A stretch of DNA of 64,000 bases from Oceanicoccus sp. Its GTDB lineage: Bacteria; Pseudomonadota; Gammaproteobacteria; Pseudomonadales; Dasaniaceae. The notes below the pieces were generated by a model. It was not told the origin of the DNA and ran no database searches. It saw nothing but the letters and a program-made list of their open reading frames with translations. The stretch is from positions 12,178-76,177 of the forward strand of contig NZ_JAQWFR010000029.1 of the NCBI RefSeq assembly GCF_029238675.1. Reading direction: 5' to 3'. Below, one piece after another: positions 51,823 through 60,733 of the stretch (the stretch's first letter is position 1; the number at the start of each line of letters is the position of its first letter). The position numbers were made by a program, and so were the translations under genes.

Positions 51823-52084
51823 TAGTTTTTTTGCCACTATAAAACTGATGCAATGGCGCACCGTCAGCTAGCAACTGAACCTCATATTCACCGGTAACAA
51901 GATCAAACGTTACAACACCACTGGCCGGTACTGATTCAGTTTTACCGTCAACAATAATGGAATAGCTGCGATTATCTTCCTGCGATAGATTAGTCTGAAT
52001 GGCCAACTCATTGGCGGCGTGGGCTGCAAACCCTGTAGTTAGTACCGCTATACTGGCCAATCTGGTGAAAAACAACTTTTTCAT
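51823..52084 (-). pseudogene. 5' remnant of an exported protein gene (possibly a TonB-dependent receptor N-terminal extension), running into repeat D
   Basis: SD GGGG, then MKKLFFTRLASIAVLTTGFAAHA signal peptide and about 60 aa of beta-rich sequence. The frame continues into repeat-derived residues and stops at 51722-51724. Confidence 0.55.
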
Positions 52085-52099
52085 TAAAACCCCTATTAT

Positions 52100-52213
52100 T
52101 CCGTACTTGGCATTATCAATAGCACTAACACGTCGTAACCTGGCTGTAATCAAACCCGTACCCAGTTCGGTTAGCTGAATACCATCATCACCATTACCAG
52201 AGGGGCCACCACA
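52100..52213 (-). pseudogene. Start-less fragment resembling parallel beta-helix repeats
   Basis: In-frame SGNGDDGIQLTELGTGLITARLRRVSAIDNAKYG with no upstream start (TAG at 52244-52246). Resemblance judged by eye. Confidence 0.4.
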
Positions 52214-52254
52214 AAAAATGAAAGTTACAAGCCGGTGATAGTTCTATGTAATTT

Positions 52255-52992
52255 TTATGGCAACTGCAAGGGAATGATTTCGAAGTGGCGCACTACCAGT
52301 TCCTGCTGGTTATCTGCCCCCGTACGAATAGCTACTGCCATACGATGAGTATCGTTAGGGTGAAATAATTGAAAGCGCCAGGCAGCGGCATCTTGTGGTA
52401 TTTTTTCTGAAAAACTAATTGAAATAGTATCAGCAATCTCAAAACTGAAATTACCTAAACCCAGACTAATACCGCGACCATCAGCTTTCATATAAGCTTC
52501 TTTTAAAGTCCAGTAATCAAAAAAACGATCTTGCTGTTGGTCAGCAGGCAAAGAAAATAACTGATTTAATTCCGGCTTGGAGAAATAGCGATCAGCAATC
52601 GCCAACACATCATTGTCACGTTCGATATTCTCAATATCCAGACCTATGTCGTGACACCGTGTTACAACACAGGCAACCATATGAGAAGTATGGCTAAGAT
52701 TAAAACGTAGCTTGATACCCGGGTTACTCACTTCAGGCTTACCATGCTCACCTTGGGTAAATGACCAATCGGCAGGGTCAATATCGGCGTAGCGCGATAG
52801 TACCGTTCTGGCCAGGGCCCGGGTAATTTTGTCAGCGGCGCGCAGATGCTCAAATCGATAGCGTCCATTGCGCTCTATTTCCTGATCCGACATCAACTCG
52901 AGATAGGATGGCAATAAGGCCGAGCTTACCTGGCTAATATCTGTACACCAAATATGAACCTCGCTATCTTCTAAGGTTAATAGTTCTGCCAA
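52255..52992 (-). CDS. Sfp-type 4'-phosphopantetheinyl transferase
   Basis: GEHGKPEV, FNLSHT, IGLDIE, WTLKEAYMKADGRG; TTG start with GGAG SD. Confidence 0.93.
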   Translation of the reverse strand: MAELLTLEDSEVHIWCTDISQVSSALLPSYLELMSDQEIERNGRYRFEHLRAADKITRALARTVLSRYADIDPADWSFTQGEHGKPEVSNPGIKLRFNLSHTSHMVACVVTRCHDIGLDIENIERDNDVLAIADRYFSKPELNQLFSLPADQQQDRFFDYWTLKEAYMKADGRGISLGLGNFSFEIADTISISFSEKIPQDAAAWRFQLFHPNDTHRMAVAIRTGADNQQELVVRHFEIIPLQLP

Positions 52993-53040
52993 GCCTTTAC
53001 TCCAAAATTATCGGGCCAGAGGGTCATTGAAGACCATAAC

Positions 53041-53080
53041 CATACTATAAGTACATACTATAAACACACACTATAAATAC
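53041..53080. repeat. 13-bp tandem repeat x3 in the divergent PPTase/protease promoter region
   Basis: CATACTATAAGTA CATACTATAAACA CACACTATAAATA. Confidence 0.8.
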
Positions 53081-53175
53081 TTCGGCAAACATAGATATTT
53101 TGAACCAGCACCTATTGCTCACCGATGGTTATCCGTTATTATTGCTTTACATACTATCCGGGTATTGTTTTGACC

Positions 53176-53832
53176 GTGACTGCATCCATAAAACGCATCG
53201 GCTTGATCTGCACCTTATTGATCCTGGCCGCTTGCCAATCCTTGATAACACCGCATACTGAAACTGTTATAGCTGACACCCGTTGTGAGTGTGCAGACCT
53301 GGTCGTTCGGCAACCCGATGAGACCATTGCAAAAACACCTGTTTGCCCCGCTGCGGCTACCGCCTCGAGAACGCCAACAGCGGGAGCCTCCAAAGCGAAA
53401 ATTATCAATGATTTATTAGTGATTGGCCGAGTGGAGAATGTCACCCTGCTACCCGGCAATACCCGCTTAAAAGCAAGAATCGATACGGGTGCCGGCTTAA
53501 CATCACTCAATGCACAGGCATTGGTGTTTTTTGAAAGAGATGGTGCCTCATGGGTTCGGTTTTCGGTACCTACAGAGGTTGCGGGTAAAGTGGTTACCCT
53601 GGAAAAACCGGTGAAGCGCTATGTTAATATCAAACAGCATTCTGGTGAATCTCAACGTCGGCCCATTGTTGAAATCAGTTTAAAGCTTGGCGCTATAGAA
53701 GAGCCAACAGATGCCTCATTAGCAGACCGCAGCGCATACCTTTACCCGCTTTTAGTAGGCAGGAATTTTTTACGTGACCGAGCTATGGTCGATGTCAGTA
53801 CCAAGTTCACCATTCCCTCCCGTCAGCGCTAA
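53176..53832 (+). CDS. RimK-associated retropepsin-like protease (often annotated ATP-dependent Zn protease), lipoprotein
   Basis: Lipobox LAAC; IGRVE, KARIDTGA, RPIVE, DRSAYLYPLLVGRNFL. Start placed at GTG 53176. Confidence 0.85.
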   Translation: MTASIKRIGLICTLLILAACQSLITPHTETVIADTRCECADLVVRQPDETIAKTPVCPAAATASRTPTAGASKAKIINDLLVIGRVENVTLLPGNTRLKARIDTGAGLTSLNAQALVFFERDGASWVRFSVPTEVAGKVVTLEKPVKRYVNIKQHSGESQRRPIVEISLKLGAIEEPTDASLADRSAYLYPLLVGRNFLRDRAMVDVSTKFTIPSRQR

Positions 53833-53840
53833 GGCTTATT

Positions 53841-55376
53841 ATGTCCCCCAGAGCCCAGGTTTATTGTTTAGGTTTGTTTTTTATTCTGCTGGGGGCTGGG
53901 CTAGTAGCCTATAAAAGCCAGGTGCTTAGTCTGCCGATTACCCCCGGTGAATACCAAACTGTATGGACGATTGAGGCCAAGGTGGAATTTACTGCCAGGG
54001 GTGATGCGGTCAAAGCTTCTATGGCCCTCCCCAAAAGCCAGGCCAATATGGAAATTCTTGATGAAATATTCAGTTCCTCTGGTTACGGCTTTACCGTAGA
54101 AAATACTGACGGCCATGGTCGAGCTACCTGGACCAAGCGCCGTGCCAACGGCAAGCAAACTCTCTACTATAAACTCGATGTCTATCAAACCGAAGACAAC
54201 AGCACTCTGGAACCGTTAGAGCTCTCCACGACGATAGAACGACCAGACTGGTCTGGCACCCGACGGGCCTCACTGCGCGAGGCCGCCGCTAATATTATTG
54301 CTGAAAGCTGGCAAAAATCCTCAGACAACGAAAGCTTTGTCGGACAGTTATTAAAAGCTGTCAATGATCCCAACAACAAAGAAAATCTGTTAATTCGTAA
54401 TAGCCTCAGCAACCAAACAACCACCCAGCTATCACTCGACCTGCTGGCCACTGCAGATATTCCAGCCCATATTATTCGTGGTATTTATCTGGAAGATGAC
54501 CGCAGTAGACTGACCCCGGTTGTATTGTTAGAAATTTTTGATGGTGAGCAATGGCTGGTTTTTGACCCAAAAACCGCAGCCCGCGGATTGCCGAAAAACT
54601 TTCTGATTTGGCAGCGTGGCGATAAATCATTGCTGGATGTAGAGGGAGGCAGTCGCTCCCGCGTTAGGTTCTCCATCCTGACTAATAATGTACCCGCCAG
54701 GGATGTCGCCCTAAAAGAGATGGGTAGCGAACAAGTTGCCCTTCTCGATTACTCGATTTACAGCCTGCCAATAGAGCAGCAAAGTATTTTTAAATTTATT
54801 TTGTTGGTCCCTGTCGGCGCCCTGGTTGTTATTTTTATGCGTTTGGTTATCGGCATCCGCACAGCGGGCACCTTTATGCCGGTGCTATTAGCTATCGCTT
54901 TTGTGCAAACCAGTTTAATCAATGGTGTGGCTATTTTTCTGTTAATTCTAGCGGTGGGTTTATGGGTTAGATCTTATTTAAGCCGGCTGGATTTATTATT
55001 GGTCTCACGGATTGCCGCCGTGGTGGTCATTGTTGTGGCTATGATGTCGATGATAAGCATCGTCAGTTATAAACTAGGCGTAGAGCAAGCCCTGACCATT
55101 ACCTTTTTCCCGATGATTATTATTGCCTGGACCATTGAGCATATGTCGATCTTATGGGAAGACGATGGGCCTATAGAAGTACTGGTACAAACCAGCGGTA
55201 GCCTGTTAGTCGCTATTTTATGCTATCTGGTAATGACCAATCACTATATTGAACACTGGATGTTTAACTTTCCTGAATCATTACTGGTGCTGCTCGGTTT
55301 GATTATTATTCTTGGGCATTACACCGGCTTTCGTTTATCTGAGTTGTTGCGCTTTTGTCACATGAGAATGCAATGA
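53841..55376 (+). CDS. Inactive transglutaminase fused to a 7-TM domain
   Basis: WTIEAKVEF, SSSGYGF, IPAHIIRGIYL with no catalytic Cys, GTFMPVLLA, FFPMIIIAWTIE, YTGFRLSEL. Confidence 0.87.
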   Translation: MSPRAQVYCLGLFFILLGAGLVAYKSQVLSLPITPGEYQTVWTIEAKVEFTARGDAVKASMALPKSQANMEILDEIFSSSGYGFTVENTDGHGRATWTKRRANGKQTLYYKLDVYQTEDNSTLEPLELSTTIERPDWSGTRRASLREAAANIIAESWQKSSDNESFVGQLLKAVNDPNNKENLLIRNSLSNQTTTQLSLDLLATADIPAHIIRGIYLEDDRSRLTPVVLLEIFDGEQWLVFDPKTAARGLPKNFLIWQRGDKSLLDVEGGSRSRVRFSILTNNVPARDVALKEMGSEQVALLDYSIYSLPIEQQSIFKFILLVPVGALVVIFMRLVIGIRTAGTFMPVLLAIAFVQTSLINGVAIFLLILAVGLWVRSYLSRLDLLLVSRIAAVVVIVVAMMSMISIVSYKLGVEQALTITFFPMIIIAWTIEHMSILWEDDGPIEVLVQTSGSLLVAILCYLVMTNHYIEHWMFNFPESLLVLLGLIIILGHYTGFRLSELLRFCHMRMQ

Positions 55377-56314
55377 GCTGGTTTATTAGCCCGAAACAAT
55401 TATTGCAAAGAGGTGTGCTTGGCATGAATAGCCGCAATATTCATTATATTGCCCGCCACAATTGCCGCCATCTCTACCCACTGGTAGATGACAAACTTAA
55501 TACCAAGCAGGCAGCACAGAAAAAAGGTATCGCTGTACCAGAGTTGCTAGGAGTGATAGAAAGCCAATGGCAACTACGGCAACTTAAACAACTAATCAGC
55601 CAACGTGAAAAGTTTGTGATCAAACCCACTCGCGGCAGCGGCGGAAAAGGCATATTAGTAATTACCGGTCGGGACTTCGATTACTATGTAAAGTCCAATG
55701 GCCGCAAATTAGAACTCTCAGATATTCGCCGCCATATTAATAATATTCTTAGCGGCCTTTACAGTCTGGGTGGCAAGCCCGATCGGGTGATGATAGAAGC
55801 CTTAATTGACTACGACCCGGCTTTTACCGGCTACACCTATGAAGGCGTGCCAGATATCCGCATTATTATTTTCAAAGGTTTCCCGGTTATGGCTATGTTG
55901 AGGTGTTCCACTCACTCATCCGATGGCCGTGCTAATTTGCATCAAGGAGCTATTGGTGTGGGACTGGATTTATTAACCGGAAAAAGCATTACTGCGGTAC
56001 AACATAACCGTCCACTGAAACAACACCCCGATACCGGCAAAGCTTTTTCCGAATTACAAATCCCGCAGTGGCAGGCTATTTTAGAGCTGGCAGCAAGCTG
56101 CTATGAAATGACTAATTTAGGTTATTTGGGTTGCGACATTGTACTGGATAGAGCCATTGGCCCCGTTATTCTGGAGCTTAATGCGCGGCCCGGCTTAGCG
56201 ATCCAGTTAGCCAGTGATCAAGGCTTGCTTCACCCATTAAGCCAAATAGAAGCCCTTGGCGACGACGCAACAGAGTTCTCCCCCGCCGAGCGTGTAGCCT
56301 TTATGCAGCAGTAG
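55373..56314 (+). CDS. Alpha-L-glutamate ligase-like ATP-grasp protein (RimK-related)
   Basis: GVLGMNSRN, VDDKLNTK, VIKPTRGSGGKGI, GVPDIRII, ANLHQGAIG, ELNARPGLAIQ; ATGA overlap with the upstream gene. Confidence 0.9.
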   Translation: MSWFISPKQLLQRGVLGMNSRNIHYIARHNCRHLYPLVDDKLNTKQAAQKKGIAVPELLGVIESQWQLRQLKQLISQREKFVIKPTRGSGGKGILVITGRDFDYYVKSNGRKLELSDIRRHINNILSGLYSLGGKPDRVMIEALIDYDPAFTGYTYEGVPDIRIIIFKGFPVMAMLRCSTHSSDGRANLHQGAIGVGLDLLTGKSITAVQHNRPLKQHPDTGKAFSELQIPQWQAILELAASCYEMTNLGYLGCDIVLDRAIGPVILELNARPGLAIQLASDQGLLHPLSQIEALGDDATEFSPAERVAFMQQ

Positions 56315-56801
56315 TAGCCTCAACAATCATGGCCACTAACTCATCCTGTGTTTTCCCTGCACAATCAATCACATGATCGGCATGCCGCCGGTATAAAGCA
56401 TTGCGCTCAGCAAATAAATCCGCAAAGTTTTGCTCGGGATGACGGGCTATCCCTCGCTGCTCATAGTTATTAATGCGCTGTTTTAGCTCATCCAAAGCCA
56501 CATCTAAAAAGACTACAGGCCCCAGTTTTTTTAATGCCGCCATACCCGCTTCGCTATAGACCGCACTGCCACCGGTGGCAATAATATGATTGTTATCATT
56601 GACCGCTAACAGCGTCTCTTCTTCAATACGTCGCAGGTTCAGGTAATCTGTTTCATCAATGATTTGCTGCAAGGGCTTGTGTTCGCGCAACTGGATTAGT
56701 AAGTCGGTATCGACAAAATCTCTGGCGGTGGCTTTGGCCAACTGAACACCAAGGGTACTTTTTCCCGCACCGGGCATCCCAATTAAACTAATACTGCTCA
56801 T
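56301..56801 (-). CDS. Shikimate kinase-like P-loop kinase (stand-alone paralog)
   Basis: LIGMPGAGKST, DTD, IATGGS, ERNALY; not followed by aroB; ATGA overlap with the upstream SDR. Confidence 0.82.
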   Translation of the reverse strand: MSSISLIGMPGAGKSTLGVQLAKATARDFVDTDLLIQLREHKPLQQIIDETDYLNLRRIEEETLLAVNDNNHIIATGGSAVYSEAGMAALKKLGPVVFLDVALDELKQRINNYEQRGIARHPEQNFADLFAERNALYRRHADHVIDCAGKTQDELVAMIVEATTAA

Positions 56802-57571
56802 CGTGAACACTCTTTCTCTGCAAGATAAGCAATTTGTAATTGCTCGCTGGTCACCCGGATAAACCCCTGTTCAGTTCCCTCAAAACCCTGCTCGGTGGTT
56901 GCCCACTCAATCGCCGCTGCCGCCACTTTTTTTACATCAATAAAAGCCGCTGGCAACTTATTCTGCACCGACTGTGGCAAACGCCGCTGTAAGCCAGACA
57001 GTGGTGACATAAACCATGATAAAGGCAGCGCCATGCCATTGGCGGTATGTCGGGTGCCATAAATACCCGCCGGCTGTAACACCGCCGCCTGACGTTTAGC
57101 TGATGAAGCTGCAAAGGTTTGTGCGGCGTCCAGGGTTTGTTGTTTGCCAACGTAATAAGCGAAAGACTCTGTCTGCAATAACGAGGGAATATCCGCCCCC
57201 ATTAGCACCAATCGATTAACCCCTGCCTCTTGGGCCGCATGGATAACCCTGACCTGGCTGGTGCCATTCATCATCAACTGGTAGTCAAACGCTGCCTGGG
57301 TAAAGGTGGGCACGGGAGGAGAACCTACCAGGCTAATAATCGCCCGCGCGCCTTGCAATAGCTCTATATCCGGCGACAAGGCATCACCCTGCAACCAGCG
57401 CACCTTGTCCAACCAGGGATGTTGAGCGCTGTTGAGATAAGCAGGAGCTGTACCGCGACGTGAAACGCTGATACAAGCAATACCCTGCTCCGCTAGTAAC
57501 TGACAAATAGCCGTGCCAACAAAGCCATTACCACCATATATAACAATAGGTGCATCTTTATGGTCACTCAT
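56798..57571 (-). CDS. Atypical SDR / NAD(P)-binding epimerase-family protein
   Basis: GGNGFVG Rossmann motif, SVSRRG, QPAGIYG. Confidence 0.82.
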   Translation of the reverse strand: MSDHKDAPIVIYGGNGFVGTAICQLLAEQGIACISVSRRGTAPAYLNSAQHPWLDKVRWLQGDALSPDIELLQGARAIISLVGSPPVPTFTQAAFDYQLMMNGTSQVRVIHAAQEAGVNRLVLMGADIPSLLQTESFAYYVGKQQTLDAAQTFAASSAKRQAAVLQPAGIYGTRHTANGMALPLSWFMSPLSGLQRRLPQSVQNKLPAAFIDVKKVAAAAIEWATTEQGFEGTEQGFIRVTSEQLQIAYLAEKECSR

Positions 57572-57583
57572 AACGCCTCCATA

Positions 57584-57838
57584 TCAATAAGCCTGCTCAA
57601 TTCGATCAAGCTTAAGCATAAATTCATTCAGTGATTTTCTTGAATCGTATTCCATATTAAATTTATTATGAAACAGAATCGATAAGGTGACTTTCTCATC
57701 ACTAAGGGTGACGGTATAACCATCAAAGGAGGGAGTAGCGTAGAGGCCGTCAAGAAAAAAAGCATCCTCTTTACGCTCGCCATTTGTCATCACTTTATCA
57801 AACACAGATAAAGCAACTCTGATATCTAACTTATCCAT
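57584..57838 (-). CDS. DUF3081-like small protein
   Basis: VFDKV, FDGYTVTL, LFHNKF; family recalled from motifs. Start ATG 57838 (track start 57844 lies in a repeat arm). Confidence 0.75.
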   Translation of the reverse strand: MDKLDIRVALSVFDKVMTNGERKEDAFFLDGLYATPSFDGYTVTLSDEKVTLSILFHNKFNMEYDSRKSLNEFMLKLDRIEQAY

Positions 57839-57839
57839 T

Positions 57840-57885
57840 GTCATTCCCGAAAATGAACGTCATTCCCGCCTGCGCGGGAATGGCG
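57840..57885. repeat. CGTC-type monomer preceded by a half-arm
   Basis: GTCATTCCCGAAAATGAA-CGTCATTCCCGCCTGCGCGGGAATGGCG. Confidence 0.85.
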
Positions 57886-57970
57886 TTCCATTGAGTGGTT
57901 TCTATTCAGGTACAACCAGCCTGAATAACCAGCCTTATAAGTAGTATACGCCATCCGTTAATATTTGGAT

Positions 57971-57991
57971 GCAGGCGGGAAATCCGCCTAC
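57971..57991 (-). repeat. Single GTAG-type palindrome
   Basis: Minus strand GTAGGCGG-ATTTC-CCGCCTGC. Confidence 0.5.
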
Positions 57992-58085
57992 TCCGGCATT
58001 GATAAAGCCTGCCATTTGGCGTTGACTGGCTTTTGCAAACTTGGCCGGGGTATCTCATTTATATACCCGGTAAGCTTTACCTCAA

Positions 58086-58108
58086 GAATAGATATGATAT
58101 AACATATC
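58086..58108. promoter_or_regulatory. Zur-like operator upstream of the TonB receptor
   Basis: GAATAGATATGATATAACATATC matches 17/22 positions of the gammaproteobacterial Zur consensus as I recall it (GAAATGTTATAnTATAACATTTC). Confidence 0.65.
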
Positions 58109-58258
58109 ACCAGTACGCGGAAAAATACTCAGACAAACAATAAATCTCCCCAGTCGTGGCTTATCTATCGGTCTACAGCCCGAATATAGATATTTCCGGG
58201 TAGAAAAATTGAGTGTTCTCTTTAGTCACCAGCATTTTTAAGATCATTTGGAGCATCT

Positions 58259-60658
58259 ATGAAATTCATATCACTAACAGCAGTGATGGCACTGCTGCCG
58301 GCGTCAGCCTATGCCCTGGAGGGCCAAATCTCGGATACCAGTGGCAAGGCCATTCGTGGCGCATCCATTGAAGTGGTTGGCCAGTCCCTGACCACCACCA
58401 CAGACGAGCAGGGTAATTTTAAACTGGATACTGAAGGCGCGGCACAGCTGCATATTATTGCGCCGGGTTATGTTCACAAAAGCCTTCAGCTGGGTGCCGG
58501 CGAGACCGATAAGCCGCTGCAAATTGAGTTAGCCCAAAGCGTTATCGAACAAATGGATGTTGTCGGCATCCCACTACATGCCTCTAATCTTGAGTCGGCT
58601 ATTCCCGTTACCGTACTAGCCGGTGATGAGCTGCGCAATAAACAGGCGGCCACCCTGGGTGATACCCTGGGCGGTGAAGTGGGCGTACATACCAGTTTCC
58701 ACGGCAATGTGGCCAGTACGCCGATTATCCGCGGTTTAAGCGGCCCGCGCATATTGATCACACAAAATAGCCTGGATGTCAGCGATGCCTCCCGCGTTGG
58801 CCCCGACCATACGGTTGCCTCCGAGGCGTCTACTGCAGAGCAAGTAGAAATATTAAGGGGCCCCGCCACCTTATTTTATGGCAGCGGTGCCATCGGCGGG
58901 GTCGTTAATGTTGTCGATAAGCGTGTACCGGTCGATACAGAAACCCGGGGCGAGTGGCTGCTAAGCCATGATTCGGTCAACGACCAGGAACTGGCTTCCT
59001 TTAATCTGAATACCGGCGCTGGCAATGTGGCATTGCATTTTGATGCTTTCTGGCGTGAATCGAATGATTATGAGGTGCCAACCTCCCCCGAAATTGATGA
59101 AGATCATGGCGAGCGCAGTGTTGATAGTACCGCCGAGGAATCAGAGGGATTTACTGTAGGTGCCAGCTATATTCTGGATAATGGTTATGTCGGTCTGTCT
59201 TACGGCAAACTTGACCGGGAGCATGGTATTCCAGGCCATGGCCACGGTGAAGAAGAGCATGAAGGCGATGATCATGAGGGCGATGATCATGAGGGCGAAG
59301 AGGAATCGGTAACTCTTGGACTAAAACAGGATCGCTATCAGCTAATCAGTGAACTGAGCTTTGACGGAGCCTTTTTTAATGGCTTAAACACGCGTCTGGG
59401 CTATACCGACTACGAGCATACCGAATTTGAAAATGGCTCTGTTGGCACCACCTTTAGCAATGAAACCGAAGAAGTAAAGATTGAACTGCTGCATCAAGCG
59501 CTATCTGGCTGGAGCGGTGCCATTGTCTTTGATTACAAAAACAGTGATTTTTCTGCGGTAGGGGAAGAGGCCTTTGCGCCACCTTCCGAGACAGAAACTT
59601 TTGCCATTGCGCTGGTTGAAGAGCGTAGCTTTGGCAATGTACTGCTACAACTGGGTGCACGTTTCGAGCAGGTGAATATTAATAGCAATGATATCGCTAT
59701 TGCCGAGGTCGAGTTCCACCATCACGATGAGGAGGAAGAGGAGCACATTGAAGAGGCAGGTCATGAAGACCATGAGGATGAAGTGTTTTCATTTGATGAA
59801 GACTACAATCCCTTTAGTCTTTCAGCCGGTGCGGTCTGGGATTTCAAGCCTGGTTACAATGTGGGTGTTTCCATAAGCTATTCTGAGCGAGCACCTTCCG
59901 CTGCCGAACTGCTGTCCTTTGGCCCGCATATTGCGACCGGCACCTTCGAAATTGGTGCTTTATACGAAGCTCATGAAGAAGATGATGAGCTGCATTTTGA
60001 GCCAGGCAGCAGCAAGCCTGAGATGGAAAAGTCCACCAATATCGATATTACTTTCCGTAAGTTTGAAGGAGATGTGGGTATTATTCTTAATGCGTTCTAT
60101 AACGAGGTAGATAATTACTATGCCGAGTTTGATACTGAACTATTTGCCGAAGTGGGTCATGATCATGGCGAAGAACCTGAAGCAGATCCCGATCCTCACG
60201 CCGACGAGCTACCTGTATTTGTGTTCCGGAGTGAGGATGTCTCTCTTTACGGTTTCGAAGCCCAGGGTATCTGGCAAGTAAACTCCAATTTCAAAACCAG
60301 CCTGTTTGCTGATTATGTTCGCGCCGAGCTGGATGATGGCGGTGACTTGCCACGTATTCCTCCGATGCGCTTTGGTGCCAGTGTAGATTATGTTTACAAC
60401 AATCTATCCGCCGGCCTGAGCTGGACACGCTATAGCGATCAGGACGATGTGGCGGAACTGGAAACGGAAACCGATGGTTATGATTGGGTCGATGCCAATA
60501 TAAATTATCGTATTGCGCTTAACAGCACTGAGCTAACACTATTTGTAAAGGCTGAGAATTTAACGGACGAAGAAGCCCGTGTTCATAGCTCTTTTATAAA
60601 GGATCTGGCTCCAAGACCCGGACGCAATTTCCGGATTGGTATTCGCGGTAGTTTTTAA
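58259..60658 (+). CDS. His/Glu-rich TonB-dependent receptor, ZnuD-like
   Basis: Signal peptide, N-terminal carboxypeptidase-regulatory-like domain, plug (PIIRGLSGPR, EILRGPATLFYGSGAIGGVVN), several His/acid-rich loops, C-terminal Phe. Confidence 0.9.
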   Translation: MKFISLTAVMALLPASAYALEGQISDTSGKAIRGASIEVVGQSLTTTTDEQGNFKLDTEGAAQLHIIAPGYVHKSLQLGAGETDKPLQIELAQSVIEQMDVVGIPLHASNLESAIPVTVLAGDELRNKQAATLGDTLGGEVGVHTSFHGNVASTPIIRGLSGPRILITQNSLDVSDASRVGPDHTVASEASTAEQVEILRGPATLFYGSGAIGGVVNVVDKRVPVDTETRGEWLLSHDSVNDQELASFNLNTGAGNVALHFDAFWRESNDYEVPTSPEIDEDHGERSVDSTAEESEGFTVGASYILDNGYVGLSYGKLDREHGIPGHGHGEEEHEGDDHEGDDHEGEEESVTLGLKQDRYQLISELSFDGAFFNGLNTRLGYTDYEHTEFENGSVGTTFSNETEEVKIELLHQALSGWSGAIVFDYKNSDFSAVGEEAFAPPSETETFAIALVEERSFGNVLLQLGARFEQVNINSNDIAIAEVEFHHHDEEEEEHIEEAGHEDHEDEVFSFDEDYNPFSLSAGAVWDFKPGYNVGVSISYSERAPSAAELLSFGPHIATGTFEIGALYEAHEEDDELHFEPGSSKPEMEKSTNIDITFRKFEGDVGIILNAFYNEVDNYYAEFDTELFAEVGHDHGEEPEADPDPHADELPVFVFRSEDVSLYGFEAQGIWQVNSNFKTSLFADYVRAELDDGGDLPRIPPMRFGASVDYVYNNLSAGLSWTRYSDQDDVAELETETDGYDWVDANINYRIALNSTELTLFVKAENLTDEEARVHSSFIKDLAPRPGRNFRIGIRGSF
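59258..59298 (+). repeat. In-frame 15-bp tandem repeat encoding HEGDD x2 + HEG
   Basis: CATGAAGGCGATGAT CATGAGGGCGATGAT CATGAGGGCGA. Confidence 0.85.
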
Positions 60659-60665
60659 CCCGTAA

Positions 60666-60699
60666 ACGGTCTCTTGGCTTTAATAAGTCAAGAGACTGT
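60666..60699. terminator. Long hairpin between convergent genes
   Basis: ACGGTCTCTTGGCTT-TAAT-AAGTCAAGAGACTGT, a 15-bp stem with G-U pairs. Confidence 0.7.
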
Positions 60700-60733
60700 C
60701 TTTGCATAAACCGTCAGAAAACCTTAAAAGTTG

